Part shown: one piece after another, positions 39,415 to 48,184 of the stretch
Position numbering within the stretch: the first letter of the stretch is position 1
Layout: each line of letters opens with the position of its first letter
Source: a plasmid
Sequence record: NZ_CP033968.1
Length of the DNA: 64,000 bases
Direction: 5' to 3' (one strand)
Notes under the pieces: model-generated
Seen by the model: the letters and a program-made list of their open reading frames with translations, nothing else
What the model was told of the DNA's origin: nothing
Databases searched by the model: none
Position numbers and translations under genes: made by a program

Positions 39415-40479
39415 AACCAAGCAACGACGGTGGCTAGCAGCCAGATGGCGATTCTGAAAGATGTCGTCCTGTTTGACTTCATCATCGGAGGCAGCACCGG
39501 AGAGAAAACGGTCGAGGCGGATGATTTCATCCGTGAGGTCGGCAAGATGCTCCCGCGAGGTTCTTTTTCGTGGGTTTCGAAATACCGTTCGGAAGCGAAG
39601 CGAGAGATCCTGAAAGTTGGCGTCGCTCGCCGCATTCACAACCGTGTGCGTGGCTACTTCGTACCGCTGAGCGAAGCCGCCGGGCTCTCCAGCAAGATGA
39701 CGGACATCAAGGCGCGATTCATGAAGGAGAAGGCCGAGTTCCTGGCCAACCTCCCAAGGATCGTTGATGAGTGGGCGAATGCCCCGGTCAATGCCAGTTC
39801 GACCAACAATGGCAAGTCGCGAGCGGATCTCATTCGCCTGCACGCGCCAAAGACGGACGACATGGACCGCATGCTCTCCTTTGACATTTCCGCCACAGGC
39901 ATCCAGTCCACCAGCTTCTTTGGCGAGGACGACGCGCTCCACGCAGAAGTCAAAGGCTTAGTTGGCCAGGCGGCGCTCGAGATTGCGGAAGACGTGCGAA
40001 AGTCCTGGAAAGGGCCGGCCGCGGGGCGCACGAGCAGCCGCGTCCTGGGATTGATTCGCCGTGTTCGCAACAAGGCGGAAGCGATGGGCGTCCTGTCGAT
40101 GAAGTTCAGTCGACTGGCCGAAGTATGCGACAAGGTCCTGGGCGCAGTTCCGGAGGGGCAGAACATTGAAGGCGTTCAGTTCCTGATGGTGTCATCGCTG
40201 CTGTCCCGGTGCATGAAGGCGGAAAACATTCTCTCCGAAGACTCGGTAAGGTTTGATCCGCTCGATGTGGAATCAGCGGCGCCGGCGGTCACGCCTGGTG
40301 TCCAGCCTCCGGTCGCCAACGTGCCAATGCAGTCTCAATCCGACCTCGCCATCGGCGACACGGCCCCAGCCTTCGACGAATCGCCTAAACCTTCGAGCCC
40401 ACTCCCTACTGCAATCCTGCCGAGCGCCGCTGAACCCGTGGCCTCGACCCAGGATGACACGCTGGAATTGGTCCTGTAA
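39412..40479 (+). CDS. hypothetical protein (possibly DUF3150-like, associated with AAA/VWA module)
   Basis: ORF with SD; family assignment from memory only; Pro-rich C-terminus. Confidence 0.4.
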   Translation: MNQATTVASSQMAILKDVVLFDFIIGGSTGEKTVEADDFIREVGKMLPRGSFSWVSKYRSEAKREILKVGVARRIHNRVRGYFVPLSEAAGLSSKMTDIKARFMKEKAEFLANLPRIVDEWANAPVNASSTNNGKSRADLIRLHAPKTDDMDRMLSFDISATGIQSTSFFGEDDALHAEVKGLVGQAALEIAEDVRKSWKGPAAGRTSSRVLGLIRRVRNKAEAMGVLSMKFSRLAEVCDKVLGAVPEGQNIEGVQFLMVSSLLSRCMKAENILSEDSVRFDPLDVESAAPAVTPGVQPPVANVPMQSQSDLAIGDTAPAFDESPKPSSPLPTAILPSAAEPVASTQDDTLELVL

Positions 40480-40483
40480 CGAA

Positions 40484-40518
40484 AACGCCCCAGATTCGAT
40501 CTGGGGCGTCTTTTTTTG
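40484..40518 (+). terminator. rho-independent terminator
   Basis: acgccccagattcgatctggggcgt + ctttttttgg. Confidence 0.7.
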
Positions 40519-40536
40519 GCGGGGATGGCCGGCGGC

Positions 40537-41208
40537 TTAGCTGACTAGATCAGGGACTTCAATCTGAGCCTTCGCCGTCAGTACACGTCCATAGTCGCGC
40601 TCATACAGCGCTGCATATCCGATCTGGACACGCAGAGGGAGTACATCCCATTCTTCGCGGGTAGGGGCGTAGGCCATCCACTGTGGGTCGTTAGCCATTT
40701 TTACGATGGCCAGCCACAGTTGCTCGTGCAGGTCTTTCTTGGAATAGAAGTCTTCGATCGAGAGATAGTCGGCCTGATTGAGTACCTGTACGGTCGGGAT
40801 GCCGAGCCACTCCGCAATCGTGTCGAACCGATCCTTACCAAGCGATTTGATAGAGCGGTTACCGCTCATGATCGAGTTCCAGTACACCGGGGTGACTCCG
40901 AGGATGTCGGAGATCGTCCGCTGCGGAAGCCCGCGGTCAATCAGAGTCTTCCTGATCAGGTTGATCAGGCGAATACCATCAACATGGCGCTTGCCCGAGG
41001 CCTCAGCCTCGTGCTCAGACGCAGTGCTTTCAGCGCCGTGCTGTTCGTGCGTAGTCATTTTGGCGGTCACTTCGGTCGTCTTTCGCGATTTTGCGGAAAC
41101 TCGCCGCGTCGGTGCTGCCGCATGCGATCCACCACCGTGTGCAGGCGCGGACTTTGTCATAGCTTCGTTCTCCGACGTGGCTAACAGGTCAGTAATCGGG
41201 AGAGGCAA
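40537..41208 (-). CDS. putative HTH (XRE-like) transcriptional regulator
   Basis: LPQRTISDILGVTPVYWNSIMSGNRSI helix-turn-helix-like segment; start uncertain (alternatives at M17, M51). Confidence 0.45.
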   Translation of the reverse strand: MPLPITDLLATSENEAMTKSAPAHGGGSHAAAPTRRVSAKSRKTTEVTAKMTTHEQHGAESTASEHEAEASGKRHVDGIRLINLIRKTLIDRGLPQRTISDILGVTPVYWNSIMSGNRSIKSLGKDRFDTIAEWLGIPTVQVLNQADYLSIEDFYSKKDLHEQLWLAIVKMANDPQWMAYAPTREEWDVLPLRVQIGYAALYERDYGRVLTAKAQIEVPDLVS

Positions 41209-41344
41209 TCGACGCGCAGGGCTCGTCTTGCCTTATTGTCTTAGCAATCTGATTCTACACACATAACAACAAGATTCAAGTCTCTTATGCCATCGAGACA
41301 ACAAGACAATCTTTTAGTATGTTTTTGCGTCTCGTTGTTTTCAG

Positions 41345-41367
41345 TGTACGTGTTATGTATAATTCCA
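41345..41367 (+). promoter_or_regulatory. GGTACG box copy e overlapping -10 (gtgtacgtgttatgtataat)
   Basis: TTGTTT -35-like 17 nt upstream of TATAAT (41358-41363); motif in spacer. Confidence 0.45.
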
Positions 41368-41415
41368 TCGCGCAGACGTAGACGTACCCGATCAACCCAT
41401 ACAAGGAGGTCATCC

Positions 41416-42378
41416 ATGCTGCCCATGGACGCCAAAAAGAACGCCGACTCCTATTCGTATCCCAATGGGATGCTGAACTCGGGATACGTCGGCGGCGTGC
41501 TTCGCAACCCAGATCCTGCCAACGGCATCTGCTATATCCAGCAGACCCGTAACGAGAATCACATGTTGCCGATCGCGTTCGACCCGAAGAAAACGCCGCT
41601 TCCTCGCAACATTCAGGAAGGGGACCTGATCTTCGCGATCTGCCACGCTTCGGGTGAGCGCAAGGAAGACCAGCGCATCGTCCACATGAAGAGCATCTCG
41701 TTCGAACAGCCGAACACCATGCACCTGGACAAGCGCTTCGCCGATGACCTGCTGCGCAAATGGGGTTCGCTCGTCCACGCAGCGGCGAAGGACTCCGGCA
41801 CCCCGGATTCGATTCGCAAGCTGGAAGAGCAGTTTGGCCGCTCGAGTGATACTCAGGCTCGGCTCGACAGCATCGACTGGCGTGTTCTTGGGCTGAACAA
41901 GAACGCTACCAACACTGTCCGTCTCGCAGGCTTCATTCAGGCCAAAAGTCTGGAGCAGAATCGAGTCGGCCCCGATGGCAAGCCCCTTAACGATCGCCTG
42001 GTCGTCCTCCTTCGCCAGACAAAGGACCCGGACAAGTCGATCGCGATCCGCTGGTACAGCAAGAACCTGCGACCCTTGGCCGAGAAGCTGCATCGCGGCA
42101 TTCCTATCTCCGTGAGTGGTGAGTTCCGACTGGACGTGAAGGCTATTGCGCCGCCCGACCCGGACAGCGGCATTGCACCGGTTTCGTCGATTCCATTCAT
42201 CCAGGCGAAGGATTTCCCTTCCCCTGTCGCACCGGGGTCCGATCTCATTCGGGTCATTCCCAGCTGGGCCGCTGAACTCTTCGAACGCCCCACGCAACGT
42301 GAAGTCGAAGCCAGCGCCCCGTCATCGGACGCCGAGCGCCAAGCACTCTTCGCCGCAATTCAACCATCTGCAACCTGA
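41416..42378 (+). CDS. hypothetical protein upstream of topB
   Basis: AAGGAGG SD; start at M44 of track ORF; no confident family. Confidence 0.45.
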   Translation: MLPMDAKKNADSYSYPNGMLNSGYVGGVLRNPDPANGICYIQQTRNENHMLPIAFDPKKTPLPRNIQEGDLIFAICHASGERKEDQRIVHMKSISFEQPNTMHLDKRFADDLLRKWGSLVHAAAKDSGTPDSIRKLEEQFGRSSDTQARLDSIDWRVLGLNKNATNTVRLAGFIQAKSLEQNRVGPDGKPLNDRLVVLLRQTKDPDKSIAIRWYSKNLRPLAEKLHRGIPISVSGEFRLDVKAIAPPDPDSGIAPVSSIPFIQAKDFPSPVAPGSDLIRVIPSWAAELFERPTQREVEASAPSSDAERQALFAAIQPSAT

Positions 42379-42582
42379 CAGGGGGATGTGAGCCGCACGG
42401 GCGCCGCGCAACGCGGCGTCCTCTCCGATCACTCGATTTGAGATGAACCGCGCTCATTGCTTCGCCTGGCGGCCCACCCCCGTTCCCGTCAATAGCAGGA
42501 CCTTCCGAGACCTAATCTGGGTCGTCTGGCCCACCCAACTCACTAGCGGGCCTCAGGTGCCGCTCACAGGACAGACCAGCCG

Positions 42583-45252
42583 ATGGGCAAACACCTCATC
42601 ATTGCCGAGAAGCCTTCAGTTGCAAAAGACATCGCCCTCTCCCTGGGAGGGTTCGGGCGCGTTGAGAACTGGCTGGAGAGCCCCGATGCCGTCATAACGG
42701 CCGCGCAAGGCCACCTCGTCGAGGTGTTCTCAAGCGAGATGGCAACATCAGGAAAGAGCCTCGAGACGTTGCCAGTGATCCCATCGAAGTTCGAGCTCCG
42801 CGTCATCGAGCTAGCGAACAAGCCGCAAGCCTTTCAGCAGATCAAGCGTTTGATGGCTCGCAACGATATTGACCGCATCGTCAATGCTTGTGATTCCGGG
42901 AGAGAAGGAGAGCTGATCTTCCGCCTCATTTACGACCTGGCCGAATGCAAGAAGCCCGTCATGCGCATGTGGTTCAACTCGATGACGAGCGAGGCAATTC
43001 GAGACGCCTACCGAGGGATGCTACCAGGCTCTCGGTTCGATGCCCTGGCCGACGCCGCCTACTGCCGGACTGAGGGCGATTACCTGGTCGGGATCAACGG
43101 CTCGCGAGGTGTTACCCGCCTGTACGAGCGTCAGACGTCGAAAGCCGAGATCCGTTCGGTCGGTCGGGTCCAGACACCGACGGGAGCTCTTGTCTACGAT
43201 CGCGAAGTGGCGATCCGAACCTTCAAAGCGAAGGACTACTGGGAAGTCCACGGAGAGTTCGGTGTCGCTGCCGGCAGCTACATCGGAAAATGGATCGCAC
43301 CGGAGCGTGAAACCCCGGGTGACGCGCCTGAAGGTAGTTCAGATGGCCAGGCCGAGCTCGACCACCAGTATCGGATCTTTGATAAGGGCAGGGCAGAAGC
43401 AATCCTCACTCGCTGCACTGGCGTTGCCCCGTCCGACGTAAAGCAAGAATCGAAGCCGGCGACCAAAGGCTCCCCGAAACTCTATGACCTGACCCTGCTT
43501 CAGCGCGAGGCAAACAAGAAACTCGGGTTGACTTCGAAGCAGACCGACACAATCGCGCAGGCCCTATACGAGAAACACAAGGTCACGACCTATCCCCGAA
43601 CAGATTCCTGCTTCTTGCCAGAGGACTACATAGCTAAGGCCAAATCTGTCATTGAGGCCCTGGTAGAGACGCCATACCGTGACCATGCTACTCGCATCCT
43701 CTCGAACGGTTGGATCAAGCCTGACAAGCGAATCTTCGACAACTCGAAGATCAGCGATCACTTCGCGATCATCCCGACCGGCAAGATGCCTGAAGGCCTC
43801 TCACCCGACGAAGAGAAGGTCTATGACCTGGTGGTGAAGCGATTCTTGAGCGTCTTCCACCCAGCGGCTCAGTACGAAGTAACGACGCGACTTACGATAA
43901 TCGCTGGCGAGCACTTCAAATCCAGTGGTCGCGTTCTGGTCGATCCAGGTTGGCTTGCCGTCTACGGCACCCAGACCCAAGATGATGACAAGAAGATCCC
44001 GGCATTGACAAAGTATGTCCCAGGTGAGTCTGTGTCAACCGAGGGCATGGAGCTGAAGACTCTCAAGACGAAGCCTCCTGTGCGCTATACGGAAGACACA
44101 CTTCTCGGTGCGATGGAAGGCGCGGGAAAACTCGTCGACGACGAGGAACTCCGGGAGGCCATGAAGGAGCGCGGGCTAGGAGCGCCATCAACGCGCTCCG
44201 CGATCATTGAAGGGCTTCTTGCGACCAAGGATGGCCGCGATCGGCCAATGGAGCCCTATCTCCGACGAGACGGGAAGACCCTTGTACCGAGCCAGAAGCT
44301 AATGAGCTTGATTGCATTCCTGCGAGAGAATGGTCTCGACCGCCTCACTTCGCCCGCTTTGACTGGCGAATGGGAACACAAGCTTCGCCTGATGGAACGA
44401 GGCGAGTACCTGCGGCCCGCCTTCAACTCGGAGATCTCCGAATTCACACGCCATATCATCAAAGCCATCCGAGAGCAGGCCGCTCAGGTTGTAGTGAAAA
44501 AGCTCGATGGAAAGTGTCCGAACTGTGGTGGCGAAATCTCGGTTGGCGCCAGATCGTTCGACTGTGAGTCCGGCTGCGGATTCCGGTTCTGGCGTGAGGT
44601 CGCGGGTCGCCCCCTGAAGCCTCAGGAGGTTGAAGCTCTTCTTGCCAAAGGGACGGTCGAAAACCTCTCGGGGTTCGTCAGCTCCAGCAAGAAGCGCTTC
44701 ACGGCGGGGCTAACGCTCACGGAGGACTTCAAACTGAAGTTCGTGTTCGATGAGACCGCGCAGTCAAAGGACGCGTCCGGAGCGCTGGTGCATTGTCCCA
44801 CTTGCGAAAAACTGATGCGCAGGTTCAAAGGTGCAAACGGCTTCTTCTGGTCATGCACAGATCGTGAGAACTGTAAGACTACCTTAGACGACAAGGCGGG
44901 AAATCCTGTGGCAAAGGCCGCTGCCCGGCCGTGTCCGAAGTGCGGTCACGACATGAACCGTATTCCCTGGCAGAAGCGCCATTTCTGGGCTTGCTCAGAC
45001 CGGGAGCAATGCAAGCACACCATGGATGACAAGGATGGCGTCCCGGTGGAGAAGGCACAGTCGTTTCCATGTCCTGACTGCTCGAAGCCCATGTATCGCC
45101 GCCAGCGCCGCGACCAGAAAGGCTATTTCTGGGGATGCAGTGGTTACCAGAAAGACGGCAGCGGCTGCAGCTGCATGCTCGAAGACAGAGACGGGAAACC
45201 GGTGCCAAAGGCCACCGCTCCCAATATCCAAGACGATAGGACCTTCCTGTGA
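42583..45252 (+). CDS. topB: DNA topoisomerase III with C-terminal multi-zinc-ribbon domain
   Basis: N-terminal TOPRIM MGKHLIIAEKPSVAKDIA, type IA core; C-terminal ~230 aa with five repeated CxxC...CxxC zinc-ribbon units. Confidence 0.85.
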   Translation: MGKHLIIAEKPSVAKDIALSLGGFGRVENWLESPDAVITAAQGHLVEVFSSEMATSGKSLETLPVIPSKFELRVIELANKPQAFQQIKRLMARNDIDRIVNACDSGREGELIFRLIYDLAECKKPVMRMWFNSMTSEAIRDAYRGMLPGSRFDALADAAYCRTEGDYLVGINGSRGVTRLYERQTSKAEIRSVGRVQTPTGALVYDREVAIRTFKAKDYWEVHGEFGVAAGSYIGKWIAPERETPGDAPEGSSDGQAELDHQYRIFDKGRAEAILTRCTGVAPSDVKQESKPATKGSPKLYDLTLLQREANKKLGLTSKQTDTIAQALYEKHKVTTYPRTDSCFLPEDYIAKAKSVIEALVETPYRDHATRILSNGWIKPDKRIFDNSKISDHFAIIPTGKMPEGLSPDEEKVYDLVVKRFLSVFHPAAQYEVTTRLTIIAGEHFKSSGRVLVDPGWLAVYGTQTQDDDKKIPALTKYVPGESVSTEGMELKTLKTKPPVRYTEDTLLGAMEGAGKLVDDEELREAMKERGLGAPSTRSAIIEGLLATKDGRDRPMEPYLRRDGKTLVPSQKLMSLIAFLRENGLDRLTSPALTGEWEHKLRLMERGEYLRPAFNSEISEFTRHIIKAIREQAAQVVVKKLDGKCPNCGGEISVGARSFDCESGCGFRFWREVAGRPLKPQEVEALLAKGTVENLSGFVSSSKKRFTAGLTLTEDFKLKFVFDETAQSKDASGALVHCPTCEKLMRRFKGANGFFWSCTDRENCKTTLDDKAGNPVAKAAARPCPKCGHDMNRIPWQKRHFWACSDREQCKHTMDDKDGVPVEKAQSFPCPDCSKPMYRRQRRDQKGYFWGCSGYQKDGSGCSCMLEDRDGKPVPKATAPNIQDDRTFL

Positions 45253-47693
45253 ACTCAAAGAACCGGATCTTTCGTGCAGCTGTGCTTGTCTTCGGCTTCT
45301 GGTGGATCGTGTTCACCCTCTTGGAGTTTGGCGGCGCCCCGTTAGAAGTCATCCGGAACTGGGGGTACGTTTCGTACTCTTTCGGGTACTGGATCGCCGG
45401 CTCAATAGGCGGCCTGGCTCTCGGGATCTGGCTCATCTGGTTTGAGCGGGTCCAGGCGGTGAACCGCCTATTCAAAGGCATGGGAGGAAACGCTATCAAT
45501 GGCATCCAGTCGACGCTTGGACTGGTTCCAATGCTGGCCCCCCCGTCAGCACGCATCGATAGCGAATCCAAGCGGCTCCCAATGCAAAGCAAGGCGGTGA
45601 TGGATTGGCTGGAGCTCGCCAAGACCAATCATCCTCAGCATGCAGCATTCTTCCTTGCAGTGTGGGACATCTACTCTGCAAACAAGGAGCATCCTGCAAC
45701 GCATAGGAAGGGTGGCCATGCGAACCGGAAACTCTGGCAGCACTGTCTAGCCGTTACCGAGACTGCCTTCGCAGAAAGCTCGACATGGAAATACGATGGC
45801 GTGTACGTGAAAAAACGCGGCAAGGCAAAGATACTGCTTCTCAGCAAGCGCAATCCCGAGTACGAGTTCGACGCAGCGGACCCACTTGTCCCCATCATTG
45901 CGCTTGCACATGATTTCGGGAAGCTCGAGGCGTACAAGATTGGGGACGATGGCCAGATCGTTACCTTGGAGGAAGGGTCGAGCACCGATCACGACGACGA
46001 TCGCGTGTTTCACGATTCCCTGGGCGCCCGGATGCTCGCGCGACTTCCCGAGTACTGGCAGCTTCCCCCACGAGACCGCCGGGCCATCAACTTCGTGATT
46101 GGCCATTACCACCACCCCAGCGCCTTCCCCGTTGATGCGAACGGTTTCGCCCTTGACGATCGCATGTCCGCGCTGATGGAGTTCCTGATCTACGTCGACA
46201 AGAAGACGGGTATGCAGGAAAGTGGCCGCGACCTGCTCGAAGAGGACGAGGAGATTACTGAGGAACAATCGGAGTCGATTTACAAGGCTTTTGTCGAGGT
46301 CATCACCCAGTTTGGCCGCGTGAATGGCACCGGCAATAAGAGCACCGACGCCAGTTTGAAGATCGCCCAAAAGCACGACGGCTTGATCGTCGTGAAAGAG
46401 CTTGAGTTGCGTCGACTCATCTTGGCGAAGTTGGGCATGTCGCTGGACGACGGTGACTCGCGCTACCGGGTAACCATGAGCCTGCTGTACACCCTTGGCG
46501 AGAAGGGGCTTCTGTACGACAAGCACAATGGAATTGACTTCTCGCGCTACCACCCCATGCATTCGGTATCGTTCCGCAGCAGCAAGAACGGTCAGCATAT
46601 CGCTACGTGGGAACCCGTCATCATCTTCCGACCGCTGACGAAGACGCAGGAGTTCGCCGAACTTGGGGGCCTACCAAACTTTGGCTCGCGGATGGTGATC
46701 AACAAGCCCATCTACACGCACAACCCTGGTATTCGCGATGCTGAGGCATTGCGCGAGTTGGTTCGGCGTGCGTTTGGCGAAGATGTGGCCCGCAGCATCT
46801 ACATCTCGGGCCGCCAGGAAACTAAAACGGAAGCAAGGGCTCGAGAACAGAAGGTCGAAACGGCGGATGGCAAACCTGAAGGCCTCGAACCGATGGCGCC
46901 AACAAGCCTTGCGGCGGTTCCGGCAGAATCCTCTGCAGCCCTCAAGCCGTCGATGGCGGAGCAAGAGCCAGCACCGGCCATGCTGTCTCGCGTCATCACG
47001 GAGAATCAGTCGCCGGCAGCTCCAATGGAGCCGCCTACGAACGATGTCGCGACAGAGCATGTGGATGCGGACGATGACCCATCGCTCGAGGATATTGCCG
47101 CGCTCGAAAGCGAGATCGCATCCCCGGAGACCGGTGGAAGCGCGGACGAAGCTGATCCGTTCAGTGGGTTGCTACCTTCCTCACCAGACGCCGGAAGCAA
47201 TGAAGGCGCTTCCGTATTTGATGGCGACGACTTTGCCGATTTTCCGGCGGCGCCAGAGCCGGTCGCGAGCATCGACATTTCGGCGCCTGGTCACCGCATG
47301 CCTGAAGGCGAAGAGCGGCCTCTCATCGCTGACAGACCCGGTGTCGCGATCCCCGACAAGGATCGGCAGAATGCCATGAAACGCCGCACCGCCGAAGAAA
47401 CCAAAGAAGCACTTGCCGCTTTCGATAACTTGGCACCGCCGACGTTCGCCGCACGAACGTCAAAGCGTGCGTCCAGCCGCGAAATCTCGGATAACGCGCT
47501 GTCCAACGTTCTTGCGCTCATAAGCGACAACAAACTGCCGGTGTGCGGCCGGATGAACGGGCACGCGTACGTCCTAGTTTCCGACATCGCAAACGTCGCG
47601 CCAACCCTCGACGTCGAGCAGCTTGTCAAAGCGCGCGGACTGCCCACTGCCGAGCCGGCCGCTGGCAAGAAAATGGTTGGAATTCCGGAGTAG
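45249..47693 (+). CDS. candidate MOBH-family relaxase (HD-domain TraI-like) with N-terminal TM helices and acidic C-terminal region
   Basis: HD-like motifs HANRKLWQH...IALAHDFGK and His cluster VIGHYHHPSAF; GTG start overlapping topB stop; N-terminal hydrophobic helices; assignment tentative. Confidence 0.45.
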   Translation: MNSKNRIFRAAVLVFGFWWIVFTLLEFGGAPLEVIRNWGYVSYSFGYWIAGSIGGLALGIWLIWFERVQAVNRLFKGMGGNAINGIQSTLGLVPMLAPPSARIDSESKRLPMQSKAVMDWLELAKTNHPQHAAFFLAVWDIYSANKEHPATHRKGGHANRKLWQHCLAVTETAFAESSTWKYDGVYVKKRGKAKILLLSKRNPEYEFDAADPLVPIIALAHDFGKLEAYKIGDDGQIVTLEEGSSTDHDDDRVFHDSLGARMLARLPEYWQLPPRDRRAINFVIGHYHHPSAFPVDANGFALDDRMSALMEFLIYVDKKTGMQESGRDLLEEDEEITEEQSESIYKAFVEVITQFGRVNGTGNKSTDASLKIAQKHDGLIVVKELELRRLILAKLGMSLDDGDSRYRVTMSLLYTLGEKGLLYDKHNGIDFSRYHPMHSVSFRSSKNGQHIATWEPVIIFRPLTKTQEFAELGGLPNFGSRMVINKPIYTHNPGIRDAEALRELVRRAFGEDVARSIYISGRQETKTEARAREQKVETADGKPEGLEPMAPTSLAAVPAESSAALKPSMAEQEPAPAMLSRVITENQSPAAPMEPPTNDVATEHVDADDDPSLEDIAALESEIASPETGGSADEADPFSGLLPSSPDAGSNEGASVFDGDDFADFPAAPEPVASIDISAPGHRMPEGEERPLIADRPGVAIPDKDRQNAMKRRTAEETKEALAAFDNLAPPTFAARTSKRASSREISDNALSNVLALISDNKLPVCGRMNGHAYVLVSDIANVAPTLDVEQLVKARGLPTAEPAAGKKMVGIPE

Positions 47694-47696
47694 CGA

Positions 47697-47993
47697 ATGG
47701 ATCTCGAGAAGCCCACCAACGCTCGCGAGCAGATGCCTTCGGTTACCGAGTTCATCGATTCCCTGCGGAAGACATTCGGCAAGGAAGAGATCGACGCGTC
47801 CATCAAAACGGGGCTTCGTAACGGATCGTTCTTTGCCATCGAAAATGGCTACGTCGTCGGCACGCCTCCTCCGCATGCCTTGCTCGAGTACGAACGACGC
47901 CAGAAGGCCGCGGAGCAGCAGGTTCATTCGGACGAGAGCTCCCACAACCCCACGAACAGCGGAGCGTTGCTGCGCCCCCAAGAATCCATTTAG
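47697..47993 (+). CDS. small hypothetical protein
   Basis: ORF immediately after relaxase candidate. Confidence 0.3.
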   Translation: MDLEKPTNAREQMPSVTEFIDSLRKTFGKEEIDASIKTGLRNGSFFAIENGYVVGTPPPHALLEYERRQKAAEQQVHSDESSHNPTNSGALLRPQESI

Positions 47994-48007
47994 ATTTATA
48001 CGTCGTG

Positions 48008-48031
48008 TGCGTACGTGTTATGCTTCGTAAG
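48008..48031 (+). promoter_or_regulatory. GGTACG box copy f (tgcgtacgtgttatgcttcgtaag)
   Basis: ~150 nt upstream of lipoprotein gene. Confidence 0.4.
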
Positions 48032-48184
48032 AATGACGCAAAGTAATCACGGCGTCTGGCTGGATGCGGCCCCCCCTCCCATACGGGGGGTGTTGGAGTC
48101 GTGACGGGAGTCCGTTATCACATCTGCCAAATTCAGCACAAATGGGAAAAGTCGATTCATATAACAACAGGAGAAGTCGTCGTT

